In this document: one piece after another, positions 52,524 to 64,000 of the stretch
Layout: each line of letters begins with the position of its first letter
Position numbering within the stretch: the first letter of the stretch is position 1
Assembly: GCA_015680685.1 (NCBI GenBank)
Contig: MNCI01003297.1
Coordinates: forward strand, 432,728 to 496,727
Origin: Gnetum montanum
Taxonomy: Eukaryota > Plantae > Gnetophyta
Direction: 5' to 3'
Length of the DNA: 64,000 nt
The notes under the pieces: model-generated
What the model saw: the letters and a program-made list of their open reading frames with translations, nothing else
Databases searched by the model: none
Told to the model about the DNA's origin: nothing
Translations under genes and position numbers: made by a program

Positions 52524-54815
52524 GAAAGCCTTCAGTTCAAAATGCATAAAGGAGAAATTGATTCTTGTAGAAACAATTCAGAGCCCCTACCACAGAGGGA
52601 GATTTTGATCCTTGAAATAAATGATGGCCAAGTAAATCATACTTCAAATCGGAAACGACGGTCTAAGTCAAAAAAGAAATTGTCCAAAGATGCTGGGGAT
52701 GCATCTTTGCTCAGAAGAAATGGAAGCATATCTGAATACCTAAACGATGAATTCCATGAGAAGCCTGCTTCATGCCATGAACCTGAAGCTGTTTGCTCAA
52801 AAGATCAGATTTTAGAAAATATATGCCATGCTATGCATGAAAAGGAATTTTCTTGTGCAGAAATCAGTTGTGGGTTTTCTGCTGAAAATGCCAAGATGAG
52901 CTGCAATGTTAATGGCAATGTTAGTGGTGAGAAGCATAAAATGACATGCTCTACTGAGCAGGTTTCTAAAGGGCCATTGATTAACAGTAATAGTTGTGAT
53001 ATTTTGGAATCAAGCATCAATAAATGTCCTCCAGAAACCACTGAAACCGTTTTAAATTCTGTCAAGTTACCATGCAAGGCACTGGAAGCATTACCATTTG
53101 AGTCCAATGAATGTTCTGCAGGTAGAGACTCTCTGTCCATCAAAGGCAGCAACTTATCTTTAGACCATAGAACTTCCATTTTGGTGGAATCTATGTCTGA
53201 CATTGATTGTGATGCAAAGCAAGCAGGCAGAGTTACCCTTTCCAGTTCTGAGATGCCTCATAAGAATACAAAGGTTGAGGCTGGATATGAAGGTTTAAAT
53301 GCATCCATTAATTATACTTTTTCTTGTGTCAAGCCAAATGCTGACAAAATGACAACCCCGGGACCGCTGGCTTCACCACTTTCTAAAACCAGAGAAGGGT
53401 TTCAGAGTAAAGAGTGTTCAAACACACAACTCTGCTATGCTGCTCACGATCCAAATAATGTATTCCTTCCTATGTCATATGAGTGGCCTGGAGCCCTTTC
53501 TTTCCGTGTTCCTATGGCTTCAAACCGAGTACTTCCTGCTGCAACAGACAGGCTACATTTAGATGTAGATTGGAACTATTACCGTCCCCAAGGTTCATTT
53601 GTTGCTTTAAAGCAACACTGGCACAGGCATTCGTTGTGTCATGGAGGTTATAATCAAGGGGCAGTGATATCTCCGCCTTTGAAAAACTTTGAGTGGTCAA
53701 AAGTACATTCAGGTTGTGGTATACAGCCTTCTCTGTGCTGTTCTGTTGATAGAGGTCCAACTCCAATTTATCGTCCAAGTTACATCCCTGTTAATATTGA
53801 CCCTAAGACAAATGCCAACTTGAAGAATGATTTAAAGCATGATGTAACTGATGACATGTCCTGTGATGAAGGTAACGATTTATGTGGTAATGCAGATGAC
53901 ATAGAGAATTTTGCAGTGTCTGAAGATGAAACAGAAAAAGTTTTCTACAAAAATCCATCTAATTTTGACTACAATAAAGTTTTTGGTGGAGGGGTAATGT
54001 ATTGGAATACTGCTGACTATCCAGGTTCTGGCTATTCAAGGCCTCCTTCATTGAGTTCTGAAGATAGTTCATGGGCTCGACATGAAGATGATTTAAAGTT
54101 GGCAATCGATGACATTGTTTCCTTACCACAAATTTCCAGTCCATATGGTAACAGCGGAGTTTCTTCTCCCACCAAAACCTTTTGCTCGCCATGTGATCAG
54201 TATAATTCTTCAACTCCAGCATCCCATCCTAGCTTTGCAAAGGCAAGCAATGACATCTCTGGCAATTTCTTATCTCCCTCTGGACCATCTATATTAGAAG
54301 AAAAAGAAAGCAAGTCTATTATCAGTAGTGATTTCAAACATGTTGATGGATGTAAGGGAGATATGCTTTCACATCCTATTCTTAGGCCAATAGTTATACC
54401 AAACATGACTAGACAGAAATCAAGGACAGACGTGAAAAATACACTTGAATCGAGAAGTTCATGCATGTCTAGCGGTCAGAAGGAGCCTTCAAGATTGAAT
54501 CGGCCGCCATCACCCATGGTACTTTGTGTTCCATCTCACCCTCTTTCTCCTGTCCGTGGCTTTAGGAAACAGAGACGTTTTCCTGCTGTAAGATCTGGAA
54601 GTTCAAGTCCGCGTCAGTGGGTAATCAATAGCTGGTTCAGTGAAACAGAAACCGATATCGATGAAAATTGTTTCACTGCAACCCATCCTGAACTTGCAGG
54701 AGTTTCTAGAAGAAATAAATATATTACAGGCACACCACCAATGCCAACTCCACGGGGTTCTTTGGTTGATGGTCGTTTAATAAAAATTCCTAACCTGCCA
54801 TTAGAGCACGAACAT
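52524..54815 (+). CDS. MEE44: MEE44-like, exon 3
   Basis: ttgtag|GAA acceptor and CAT|gtaaga donor; 2292 nt open; family motifs SYEWP, LPAATDRLHLDV, FGGGVMYWN, SRPPSLSSEDSSWA, PILRPIVI, VRSGSSSPR. Confidence 0.92.
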
Positions 54816-54913
54816 GTAAGACTGCAAGTTTTTTCTAATTTGGTGTTTGAATAATTTCCGAAGTAAGAATGCGAGGGTTGAAGTTTATTTGTTTTTCCCC
54901 CTTTTTGGTACAG

Positions 54914-55030
54914 CCAGACATTGGTCTTCCTCTACAGTCACCTGAGATAGAAAAGAATAGTTCTTTGCAGACATCTGTCGTGAAGCTACAAAATATTCTA
55001 CATGAAGAGATTGAATGTTTTTGCAAGCAG
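54914..55030 (+). CDS. MEE44: MEE44-like, exon 4
   Basis: gtacag|CCA acceptor and CAG|gtttgt donor; PDIGLPLQ..LHEEIECFCKQ. Confidence 0.9.
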
Positions 55031-55543
55031 GTTTGTAGTTTCTTTCCCTTCGATTTTACTTACCTATATAGTATTTAAAATCCATATGTATCTTAACTTC
55101 TTGAAGCTAAGATAACCACTTTGTCATATGATATTTAGAAGTTTTGATTAATTAAGTAAGCTGGTGGAGCTTTAGTTATTGGAAATATTCTTTCTTGGGT
55201 TATTGCACCTAGTTTTCATCAACTTCGGACAAGTTATATGATAAGTATTTTAGACAATTTTGAATATTGTTATCTTCTGCTGCTTACCGTGCATTCCCGA
55301 AGGATGTTGTATCATAATGGGTTATGCTAGAGTCTGTTAGCTATGAGTAACGTCAGGATACATCGGTTCATCAGTGATTTGGCTAATTGTTTTTTACACT
55401 AACCAATTAAGATTTGCTAATTTTTTCTATACCTTTAAGCAGTTTATGTCTGCATTGAAGTTTGCTCTACATATTTTTTTGATCTATATTTAAAATGTAA
55501 TATGCTATCATTACTAATTAATGCATGCTTCACATTCTTTTAG

Positions 55544-55726
55544 ATTACTAGTGCCAACCAGGGTAGGAAACTATTTATAAATGCTGCTGTTGACAAGGTT
55601 TCGAGGGCACTTCAAGTACTTTGGCCAAGATCTAGGACTAGGGTTTTTGGTTCGATTGCAACTGGTTTGGCTCTTCCTACTAGTGATGTTGATCTTGTCG
55701 TTTGCCTTCCTCCTGTACGGAATTTG
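55544..55726 (+). CDS. MEE44: MEE44-like, exon 5 (Pol-beta NTase catalytic motif)
   Basis: ttttag|ATT acceptor and TTG|gtatgc donor; LQVLWPRSRTRVFGSIATGLALPTSDVDLVVCLPPVRNL contains the GS..DxD signature. Confidence 0.95.
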
Positions 55727-55819
55727 GTATGCAACATAAGTTCCAAATTGTGTATTGTGCATACCGTTGTATCTCTTTTCTTCTAGGAACATGACACAAA
55801 TGATGGTTTATTTTTTCAG

Positions 55820-55882
55820 GAACCAATAAAAGAGGCTGGTATCTTGGAGGGTCGTAATGGAATAAAAGAGACATGTTTACAG
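55820..55882 (+). CDS. MEE44: MEE44-like, exon 6 (gene presumably continues beyond the window)
   Basis: tttcag|GAA acceptor and CAG|gtattt donor; EPIKEAGILEGRNGIKETCLQ. Confidence 0.92.
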
Positions 55883-55957
55883 GTATTTGAAATTGCTAGG
55901 CAGAGGATTTTATTGCAATGGTTAATTGTTAGATTATATAGTATACTACTTTGCTAA

Positions 55958-56126
55958 GGGACTGTCATTTGGAGTCATGGTAAGGTGACTGTTTCTCAAG
56001 TTGAAGACCTGGGTTTGAGCTTGGGCAGAGCCACTTGAAGAGGTTAGGCTTTTGTTCATCTGCCAACCCTCCTGGGACCCTGCTTAGTGGGATGAACGCT
56101 GTGGCTCTGGGTGATGATCCTTATAA
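55958..56126 (+). mobile_element. Intronic tRNA-derived SINE resembling Au / Angio-domain SINEs
   Basis: Imperfect TSD tata(ct/gc)actttgctaa at 55942-55957 and 56127-56142; degenerate A/B boxes; 3' ccctcctgggaccctgcttagtggga..ctggg segment resembles the Au SINE 3' domain. Confidence 0.7.
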
Positions 56127-57419
56127 TATAGCACTTTGCTAAAATAATTAATTGTAAAAATAATCTAGAAGTGATTTCATAAATATTTGATGTATTGTAA
56201 TACCAAGTTATTTGTTGACTCTAGAATTGGATAACAAGATTATGCTAGGCTGTCATGAATAGAATCAAGCTTTCATATGTTTCTTTCTGGAGGGTAAAAT
56301 GTCTTCTTCTGCTTTGCAAAGGGGCTACGATTTACAAGCTAGGGCATTTATTAAGACATAGCAAACTACCAAGTATAATTGGGCTTGTCCTTGACCCGTC
56401 ATCACTTTGCGTTCTGCATGTCTCTTTTAGTCTTGTGGACAATGGTGTTTAAGTGGAAGCACTACTTCGCTGTATTGTTGTAGTTCAAATTGTTTTGTAG
56501 CATGGATATTGCCTTGTTTATGGCTTGTAACATGGATGGCCTTTCCACTTGTTTTAAACAGACTTTGGTGGCTTCATCGTGCTAGACAATTAAATGGATT
56601 GGTTTTAATAAATAAGAAATTGATGAAGTAGATTTATCTCTTGTTGAACTCTGTAAATTTGAACTTCAGTATGTTCTGTAGTTGCAAATATAAAGAGATT
56701 CAAATATATGGTTTTCACTTTTCACCATAAACAATAGTTCACTTCAGTGTTCAAAGCTGTACAACGACACTCACATGTTTACATATGACATTTACTTGGT
56801 GTTCAAGGAACAGATATGTCACCTCTCAACCGTCTTCACCTTAATGGACTGTGTTCACCTACACATGCATTCACATATATGAAAAGGTTACATAACAGCT
56901 GCATCCTGTTTGGAATGGACCTTTAATTGTTTTAAAAAGATCTGAAAGTCAAGGATAACTAATATGTACACCTGAGTTTTAATAACTCCAGTGTTTGTTT
57001 TAGGCTTCTGTAATTTAAATATTACAGAGCACATCTGAATATATGGTTTATTTTGGATGTTTGGCACATCATATAGACAATACCATATGAACAGGAAAAC
57101 TATGGAAAATATGACGATATAATATGTGATGCTTTAAATTGCCAGAGGCACTAATAACCATGGTTAGAGTAGGTTGAGCCTGGTTTGCTGTTTTGTTGCA
57201 ACATTTGTTTTCTACCTACAGTTTGTCCATGACCACATCTTCATTTTCTTATTTACATGCCTGTTTTAAAGCTGAAAGTGTTCTGGATTATTCAGCGCTG
57301 CCAAGGCTTAAAAAAATCATTTTATGGTCAAGGGCAGAAAAGCAACAGTTTGTCAACATGATAATATCTCAAGATGGAACCTTTGGGACTATTTGACTTA
57401 CATTATGGTAACAAATTTT

Positions 57420-60400
57420 ATGATATTCATTCATGGTTCTATTAACGGGTAGTCTCCTACAAAAGAAGTTACAAAATGATGAGCAACTAAGCTTCACCCA
57501 GGGGGAAACTCATCCAACAGACATAAGTGAAAATCTCAGAGGAAACAGCTGAGTAGAGATTTACATCGGGCAAAATATGGCCAAACATAGCAATTATTAA
57601 GTCCCAACCAAATAACTTCACCAAAAGGGTCACAAGGATGGTTCATTCTGCTTATTGGATGGGAAAGTCAAATCACCTGCAATATGAGTGTGACATGGGG
57701 CAGACACCCTCATTACATCATTGACTAAGTTGTTGATGATGTAGTACAGCTTTGGTTCTCAGAGATTGTCCTTGGCACATGAGAGTGGCAATGGTAGGGA
57801 CTATTGTATTGGGGATGTGTATGGTGAGTGACAAAGCATTGAGGAGATGACCGTCCTAATCAGACATGTTAGAGGCGAGAATAGACTAAATGTTGAAGAC
57901 ATGACACTACTGCAATAGAAACTTTAGAAATGATGAAGAGAGAAATGCCTGCTTGAGGGTTGCAACAAAAAAAGTATTGAAGATGGAGAGTTGATTAGCA
58001 GAGAGACCACAAGTGTAGAGGCAGCCATGGTGGTGTCAATGTAGGAATGAAAGGAAAATGCAGGTAAGGTGGAGAAGAGTTCGCCTAGAAGACGGAAAAA
58101 ATCTCTTCTTCTTCTAGGCTAATAGTTGTGGGGCAGAGCATGGTGCTTTGGTTGAAGCATGGATGGTTGGAGAGTGTTGAGGAGGGCGGTCTACTAGATG
58201 CTTAGACTTGCGCATTGAAGCACAGTACTCGCTTGCCAAGTGCTTGTGTGTGGCTAGACTATTAATCATCTCTTCATTAGATGAGTTGCATGAGTCAGAA
58301 GATGGTGCCAAGGAAATAGATGTGCTAGAGGAAACAACCATCAACACAAAGGATGACATAACATGGGCAGAGGGAGGGCTTTGCCAATGAATAGCAGGGG
58401 AATGCCTAGCTGAATCTTTGACATTAGAGAGGCAACCATGATGCAAAAAATTGCAAGAGTCGAGAACAGCGAGATGTTTTCACGTGTGTGGGATAGAGAA
58501 GAGCAAGAACAGGCCTGTGAGATGTGGGTGATAGACCTTGAAGGCATTCTACAATGCTTGTGAGAGGACCACAGTGAGGAATCCACAACAACTTAGCTTG
58601 TGCCACGTTGTGCAACTCAGCGAAAAGAATTGCTGCCAGCCAAGCTCTAGGGTTAGCTACCGCATGATTTGTTGGGCAAGCTCTGCCTAGACCAATATCA
58701 GGTTCTTATGCTTATAAATGTTGTGACATTTGGTCAGGATGGGATATCCTTTGAGGAAATGTTGCATGACCATAAACCCATAACAGTTGGAATGTGAAAT
58801 TAGAGCATCCATTGTGGGTAATCTTATAGTTGTGGCAACAAGTTTTGTAAAAGCGTGCACCTAGATGCCCTTTGATTCTATAGTTGCTTTTGATCCAAGA
58901 GGACATGGCTTGAGTGATCCAGTGCTGGGGGCAAGCGTGAAGATTATTGAAGTAGACTATCTATCTATTCGCAACAAGTAGCAGGTAAGTGTAGGAAGCA
59001 TAGATATCATCGTGAGTGGTGGGTGGGTTCACGATAGTCCACCTCACCAACATGAGCTAGTTTGTTGCAGTGTTCATTCCAACGGTGATTTTGGGCAGTG
59101 GCCTAGAATACGATTTTATAGGGTGAAGAAGGTGCACAAGCTTTGAAAATACAGCTGTTGCGTTCAAGCCATAAAGACCAAAGCACCTCTACCCATAATG
59201 AGAATTCATGCACATGTCAGTCACTCAGTGCTCTTGTTTGGGTATGTGTCCAACAGTGATCCCACTTAATTCATACCCATGTGCACAAAATCTTCCTTGT
59301 GACGTTTGTAAGAGTGCAGTTATCAAATAAGTGTGTAGCCATCTCAGTATCACTATAACAAAGAGCACATCTTGACGTGATAGCAAATCCTTACTGCTAT
59401 AAGTTATAACTAAAGACCTCCCGATGAGCTAGGAGCCTAATGAAGAATTAAACCTTGGGCATACAGTGGAGCTTCCAAATGTTGCTCCATTCAGGATGGT
59501 AGGGAAAGGATTTCTTGAAAAGACCAAAAATTGTTTGTTTGTGTGGGTTGCAAGGAGAGGAGATAGAATCTATGGGATAGCCTCTTTGCGTGGGGGGATT
59601 TTTTCCATGTTGAGGGAGATGTCCTGTGTCTGGAATAAAATTTGTTTCGGTGCATGCACCTGAGGACACCAAAGACTGCTTTGAACAAAATCTGAGACCT
59701 TGTCTTTACCAAACTTGTGGAGGAAGGCAGTGACCATAGGATAGCCTTCTTTAAAGCTACAGGCTGACTGAACACTCATAGAAGGGCCTTAATGGGAACG
59801 TCTGATTCCCCAAATTTCCAATGACTGAGTGATTGAAGGAAACACCATTCTTTTTGAATAGATTTCCAAATTTCAGAAGGTCTATCTCCGTAATTCTAGA
59901 TGCTTTGGTATATCCATTTGACGCACCTAATTGATGGCTTATCCAAATCATTCCAAACATCCCAGGCTAGCTTAGTTGCAGGGATAAGAGCATGAGAGCG
60001 GAAGTCCCTCAGTCCACTTGTTGGGGGGTGTGGCTGGAGATATAGACATTGTAAACTCCACAAGGATCTGTAAAGAATCACTTTAGCAAGAGTGGGCTTG
60101 CCAGCAGAAGACGAAACGATCCCTCTCAAGGGAGTTATCTACACTGGGTACCATAGACTTTGACTTTTCCAAAGGTAATTTGTTTGTTGCCTTGCCTGCT
60201 GCCTATTATACCAAAATAGCAGTCATGAACAAAAATAATTAAAACACAAAATGAAATTGAAAAAAATAAATAAAGCGAATGAAAAAAAATAGGAAAAAAA
60301 AAAAAAAAGCTTACAGGGGTTTCGGAGACATGGAAAAGAAAAGAAAACAAACTTGGAGGAAAATAGCAAACAAGATAAAAGAAGTTTTACAGATTTCAGA

Positions 60401-63400
60401 TATTTGAGAAAAACTTGGAAGAAAAAAATGAAAACAAATTTGTGAAAAAACATGAAAAATTTCAAAAAAGAAAAACTTGACGGAAAATAAGTTATTTTTG
60501 TAATTTTGGAATTGAACGTAAAATGTATCTTTTTGGAAGGATTCCTCTTACCATTGAGCTAGTGGTATTAAGTAATAAATTTTGTAATAAAGTTATCATT
60601 TACATTTCCGGAAAGGTCCCAACACTACCCAGGCAGCCACCTTCTGATTAGTTAAAGGAGATGGGACCTGGTTTAGACAGAGACCAATCTGCAATTAAGT
60701 TTTTCCAGGATATGATTCCAAAAGGATTATTCTCTTTTTAACAGATAAATGGGGTTGTCCAAGGTAAGTAGAAGCAAGAATGCTGGTAGAGCAGCCTGGC
60801 ATCTTAGGAATGCATTAAAATCAATGAGTAGCGCAACCCACATGTAATAGATATGGTTTTTGCCAGTTTACTTCACAGTCCTCTGAACCTAGCAAAAAAT
60901 GGCAGTTATCTGCATATCTCAAAGAGATAAGTCCCCAGGTAAAAGGGGATGATACCATAGACATCTGCAAAGATGGTCTACCTCAAGAGCAAAAAGATAG
61001 TGTGAGAGGATCTCCCTGTCAAAGCTTGCAAGAAGGCTGAAAAAGAGAAGAATCATGACCCTCCAACAACACCTAAAAGCAAACTGTTTAAAGCAAAAAA
61101 TTTATGAGATTACAAAACCAACTTTCAAAACCTAGCTGGTCAAGGGTTTAGTTGAAAGTATGCTATTCTACTTTGTTGTAGGCTTTGGCTAGATCCAGTT
61201 TGAGGAAGTATGAGCCCAATGAATAGCCTTGTGCACAGGAACTACACTATCAATAATAGAATGTCTAGGAATGAGATCAACTTGATCCTTCTCCACTAAC
61301 AATGAGGTGTTGGCTTAGTGGTAAGAGGGTATCAGTAGATATGTAAGTAAAAATTTAGTTTTAGTTTCACTATTACAGAGGCTAATGGGGTGACATTTAG
61401 TTGGGAAACAAATTTGAACTTTCTTGGGCAGCAGGATAAGCTTAGTATCATTCCATGCTTTTGGGAAAATTTTGTGATTGAACCCAAACATAATGATCAT
61501 TGCCATATTGGGGCTAGTGATGTCCCACAACTCTTTAAGAAATTTATAATTGCAGCCATTACCTGGATGTAAAGAGGATGGATCCTGAAAGAACTCTATA
61601 ACTTTTCTAATATCATCCTGAAGGTCTCTTGAATGAAAATTGACTTCTTTATAGAGTTGTCTGCTCGCCATCATATGAAAATAGGCCAAGTTCTAGCCCC
61701 CCTTTGTGATCTACTTCTCCTTTACCTTCTGTTCTAGTAAAACTCTTCCTTCAAGGCTAGATGCTTGGCTTTTTTCTATACCTCAACCAATTCAAACATG
61801 ATATCATCCCTCTCGGGCAGAGAACCTGTTCTGGTTTGGATGGATGTCACTTAGTCCAGACCATCCTACATCAGTCTAGATCAGGAGTGCTTGCCTTGTT
61901 GAGAGAAGAACTTGCAAAGCAACCAATGTTGGTCAAGCATTGGCCTAAAACCATGTTGAGTTTGCTGCTCTTTGAAATCATGAAAAGCCTTGCCAAATCT
62001 CCTTTAGCCAAATTTGAAACGGAAATTGGCTGGGATACAAGGACAGGACCCCCAGTGAATGGGTAGGTGATCTGACATTAGCCAAGGGAGGGCATGACCC
62101 TTTGGTTTATGTGTAAGTCAAATGGTTCTAGGAAGGGAAAAGTGATCCAGTTTAGAGCCTCTCCAATTGCCTGGGCCATTTGGCCTCTTCTAAGTGAAAC
62201 AAACAAGAAGAATATTTAGTTGAGCAACATCCCCATGTCGCTCACCCTTCTAGCAACTCCCCCACATTTGTCTTCCACTCCTTGGATCAAATTCTACTCA
62301 CCACCTACGATTTGTTCCCCTGGTGACTAGTCCAAGGATCTCTCTCTCTCTTTTTTTTACAAAAAAATAAAAAATAAAAATAAAATTCCTTTTGATTGTG
62401 TTCAACTGGGTCATAAACATTTGAAACTTGAAGGTCTTCTCTAGCAATTCTCTGGAAGAGTCATTCAGAATTCATTACGTGCAACTACATCTGATGTTTA
62501 TAAAGGCATGCAAGGCCTTTGCCATGCCCATGAGGCAGAACTTCAGCCCTTGCCCATCATGGCCAAGATGCTTACAAGTAACTATCTAGCTTTATTTTCT
62601 AATTCATAGAAAATTTGTTAAAGATGTCCTTTAGGTAATAGGATTTTTTGGTGCCCACAAGACATCACAATTCTATAAGAGAATAATCATGGGGAGAGTT
62701 GTCGAATAACAAGAAGTCAGCTTGTTTCAAACAGCATGTCCTTGGGTTCAACCTTGGACTGCTTCTATCTTCCACGAACCATAGCATCTAAGGTTTCTTG
62801 TTGTCCTTCAATGATCTTCTTCTTTGTTTAACACTATCTGGCTTTTATGTGCCCTGTGAAAGACCTTTTGGACTTGGCAATTCAAAAACGTAAATTCAAC
62901 TTTACCTTGCATTTCACCTATGTTCCCCATTGCTTGATCAATTAATTTTCTTCCATGTAACAAGTAGCTAACTCTCCTCTTTAGCCTTGGATGCTTTGCT
63001 ATTGTCTTACCAAATGAGGGCTTTCACCACCTTTGAAACAACATTTAGAGCATGCATGCCATTGGCAAGGGATGCAGGTTGCCCTGAAGGCCCTTTAGGC
63101 TCAAATTGAGCCAGAATCAAAGAGTCTCTATGAAGTCAGATTGTGTCAACCATTATGTCTTTGGGTTCAACTTGGACTGCTTCTATCTTCTACGAACCAT
63201 AGCATCTAAGGTTTCTTGTTGTCCTTCAATGATCTTCTTCTTTGTTTAGCACTATCTGGCTTTTATGTGCCCTGTGAAAGACCTTTCGGACTTGGCAATT
63301 CAAAAATGTAAATTCAACTTGCCTTGCATTTTGCCTATGTTCCCCATTGCTTGATCAGTTATTTTTCTTCCATGTAACAAGTAGCTAACCCTCCTCATTA

Positions 63401-64000
63401 GCCGTGGATGCTTTGCTATTGTCTTACCAAATGAGGGCCTTCACCACCTTTGAAACAACATTTAGAGCATGCATGCCTTGGCAAGGGACGCAGGTTGCCC
63501 TGAAGGCCCTTTAGGCTCAAATTGAGCCAGAATCAAAGAGTCTCTATGTTTGTTTGGTGTTGGGCTTTGATTACGGATTGAGGTGTTAGAATAACTTACT
63601 TGTGGGATTTTTGTCTTTTGCTGAGGATTGGCTTGAGTCAGACTTTTGGCCTTTATGGATACATAAGATCGTTGTGGGGTTTTGCTTGGGTAGTTAGTAG
63701 AAATATGCCATTTTTTACATGCAAACGTTGCAGATGTTGGGATAATTCTCACAAAAGATTGATCAGTAAAGTTTGTGATGTCTAGGATGATTTTTTTGCA
63801 ACCTTGGTGCTTTCAGGTATGTGAATGCAGAGGCGTGCAACTACACTGGGAAGAGCCTTTGTAGTCCTAGCATCAATCATAAGGTGTTCACCAAAGATGC
63901 ATGCAATTGTATGTAAAGCCCCTCTAACCAGAATTCAATAGGGAGTTGGGGAGGCACAACTAGATGACTTACCATTGGTGAGTCTACATCCAGCCATTGA
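57420..64000 (-). mobile_element. Decayed L1-clade LINE, antisense in intron 6 (ORF1 knuckle, probable EN region, RT, zf-RVT, long 3' region)
   Basis: Minus strand: knuckle CFKGGEGPHLVR (~63450-63420), WNDTKLILLPK..PISLCN (61315-61689), LKLDLAKAYNKVE (~61200-61165), QGDPL (~61015), YADNC (~60915), SSAGKPTLAKVIL (~60110), VLWSLWLERNSCIF (~59190-59148). Confidence 0.88.
62713..63548. repeat. Tandem duplication of ~418 bp within LINE ORF1
   Basis: gaagtcag...gaatcaaagagtctctatg at 62713-63131 and 63132-63548, highly similar. Confidence 0.93.

Noticed and set aside
49169-54466. Antisense and alternate-frame ORFs over MEE44-like exons (e.g. 49169-49597, 52805-53203)
   Set aside because: Shadow ORFs of real coding sequence with no recognisable motifs.
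60135-60465. Hydrophobic Phe-rich ORFs resembling membrane proteins
   Set aside because: Artefact of translating an A-rich low-complexity tract.

Overview
AT-rich, repeat-dense land-plant nuclear DNA; a non-seed plant such as a lycophyte or fern is plausible but cannot be established from sequence alone. About 48 kb is decayed, nested transposons: two L1 LINEs, an internally deleted Ty1/copia, a structurally complete but decayed Athila-like Ty3/gypsy (16400-27077, TSD CTTCT, tRNA-Asp PBS) carrying a nested solo LTR, further Athila-like relatives (one with gag-protease only plus two accessory ORFs), a Helitron-like Rep remnant and tRNA-derived SINEs. There is also a CC-NLR pseudogene whose NB-ARC core is deleted. 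The only intact-looking host gene is the 5' part (6 exons, 1322 codons) of a MEE44-like Pol-beta-family terminal nucleotidyltransferase starting at 49409, whose sixth intron (>8 kb) runs off the window. The most unusual structure is a gag fragment enclosed by ~500-bp INVERTED LTR+PBS arms (44.0-47.0 kb), each arm carrying the same SINE-like insert. I found no convincing evidence of a new functional system. All alignments were done by eye, and TE coordinates are approximate unless a TSD or splice site is cited.
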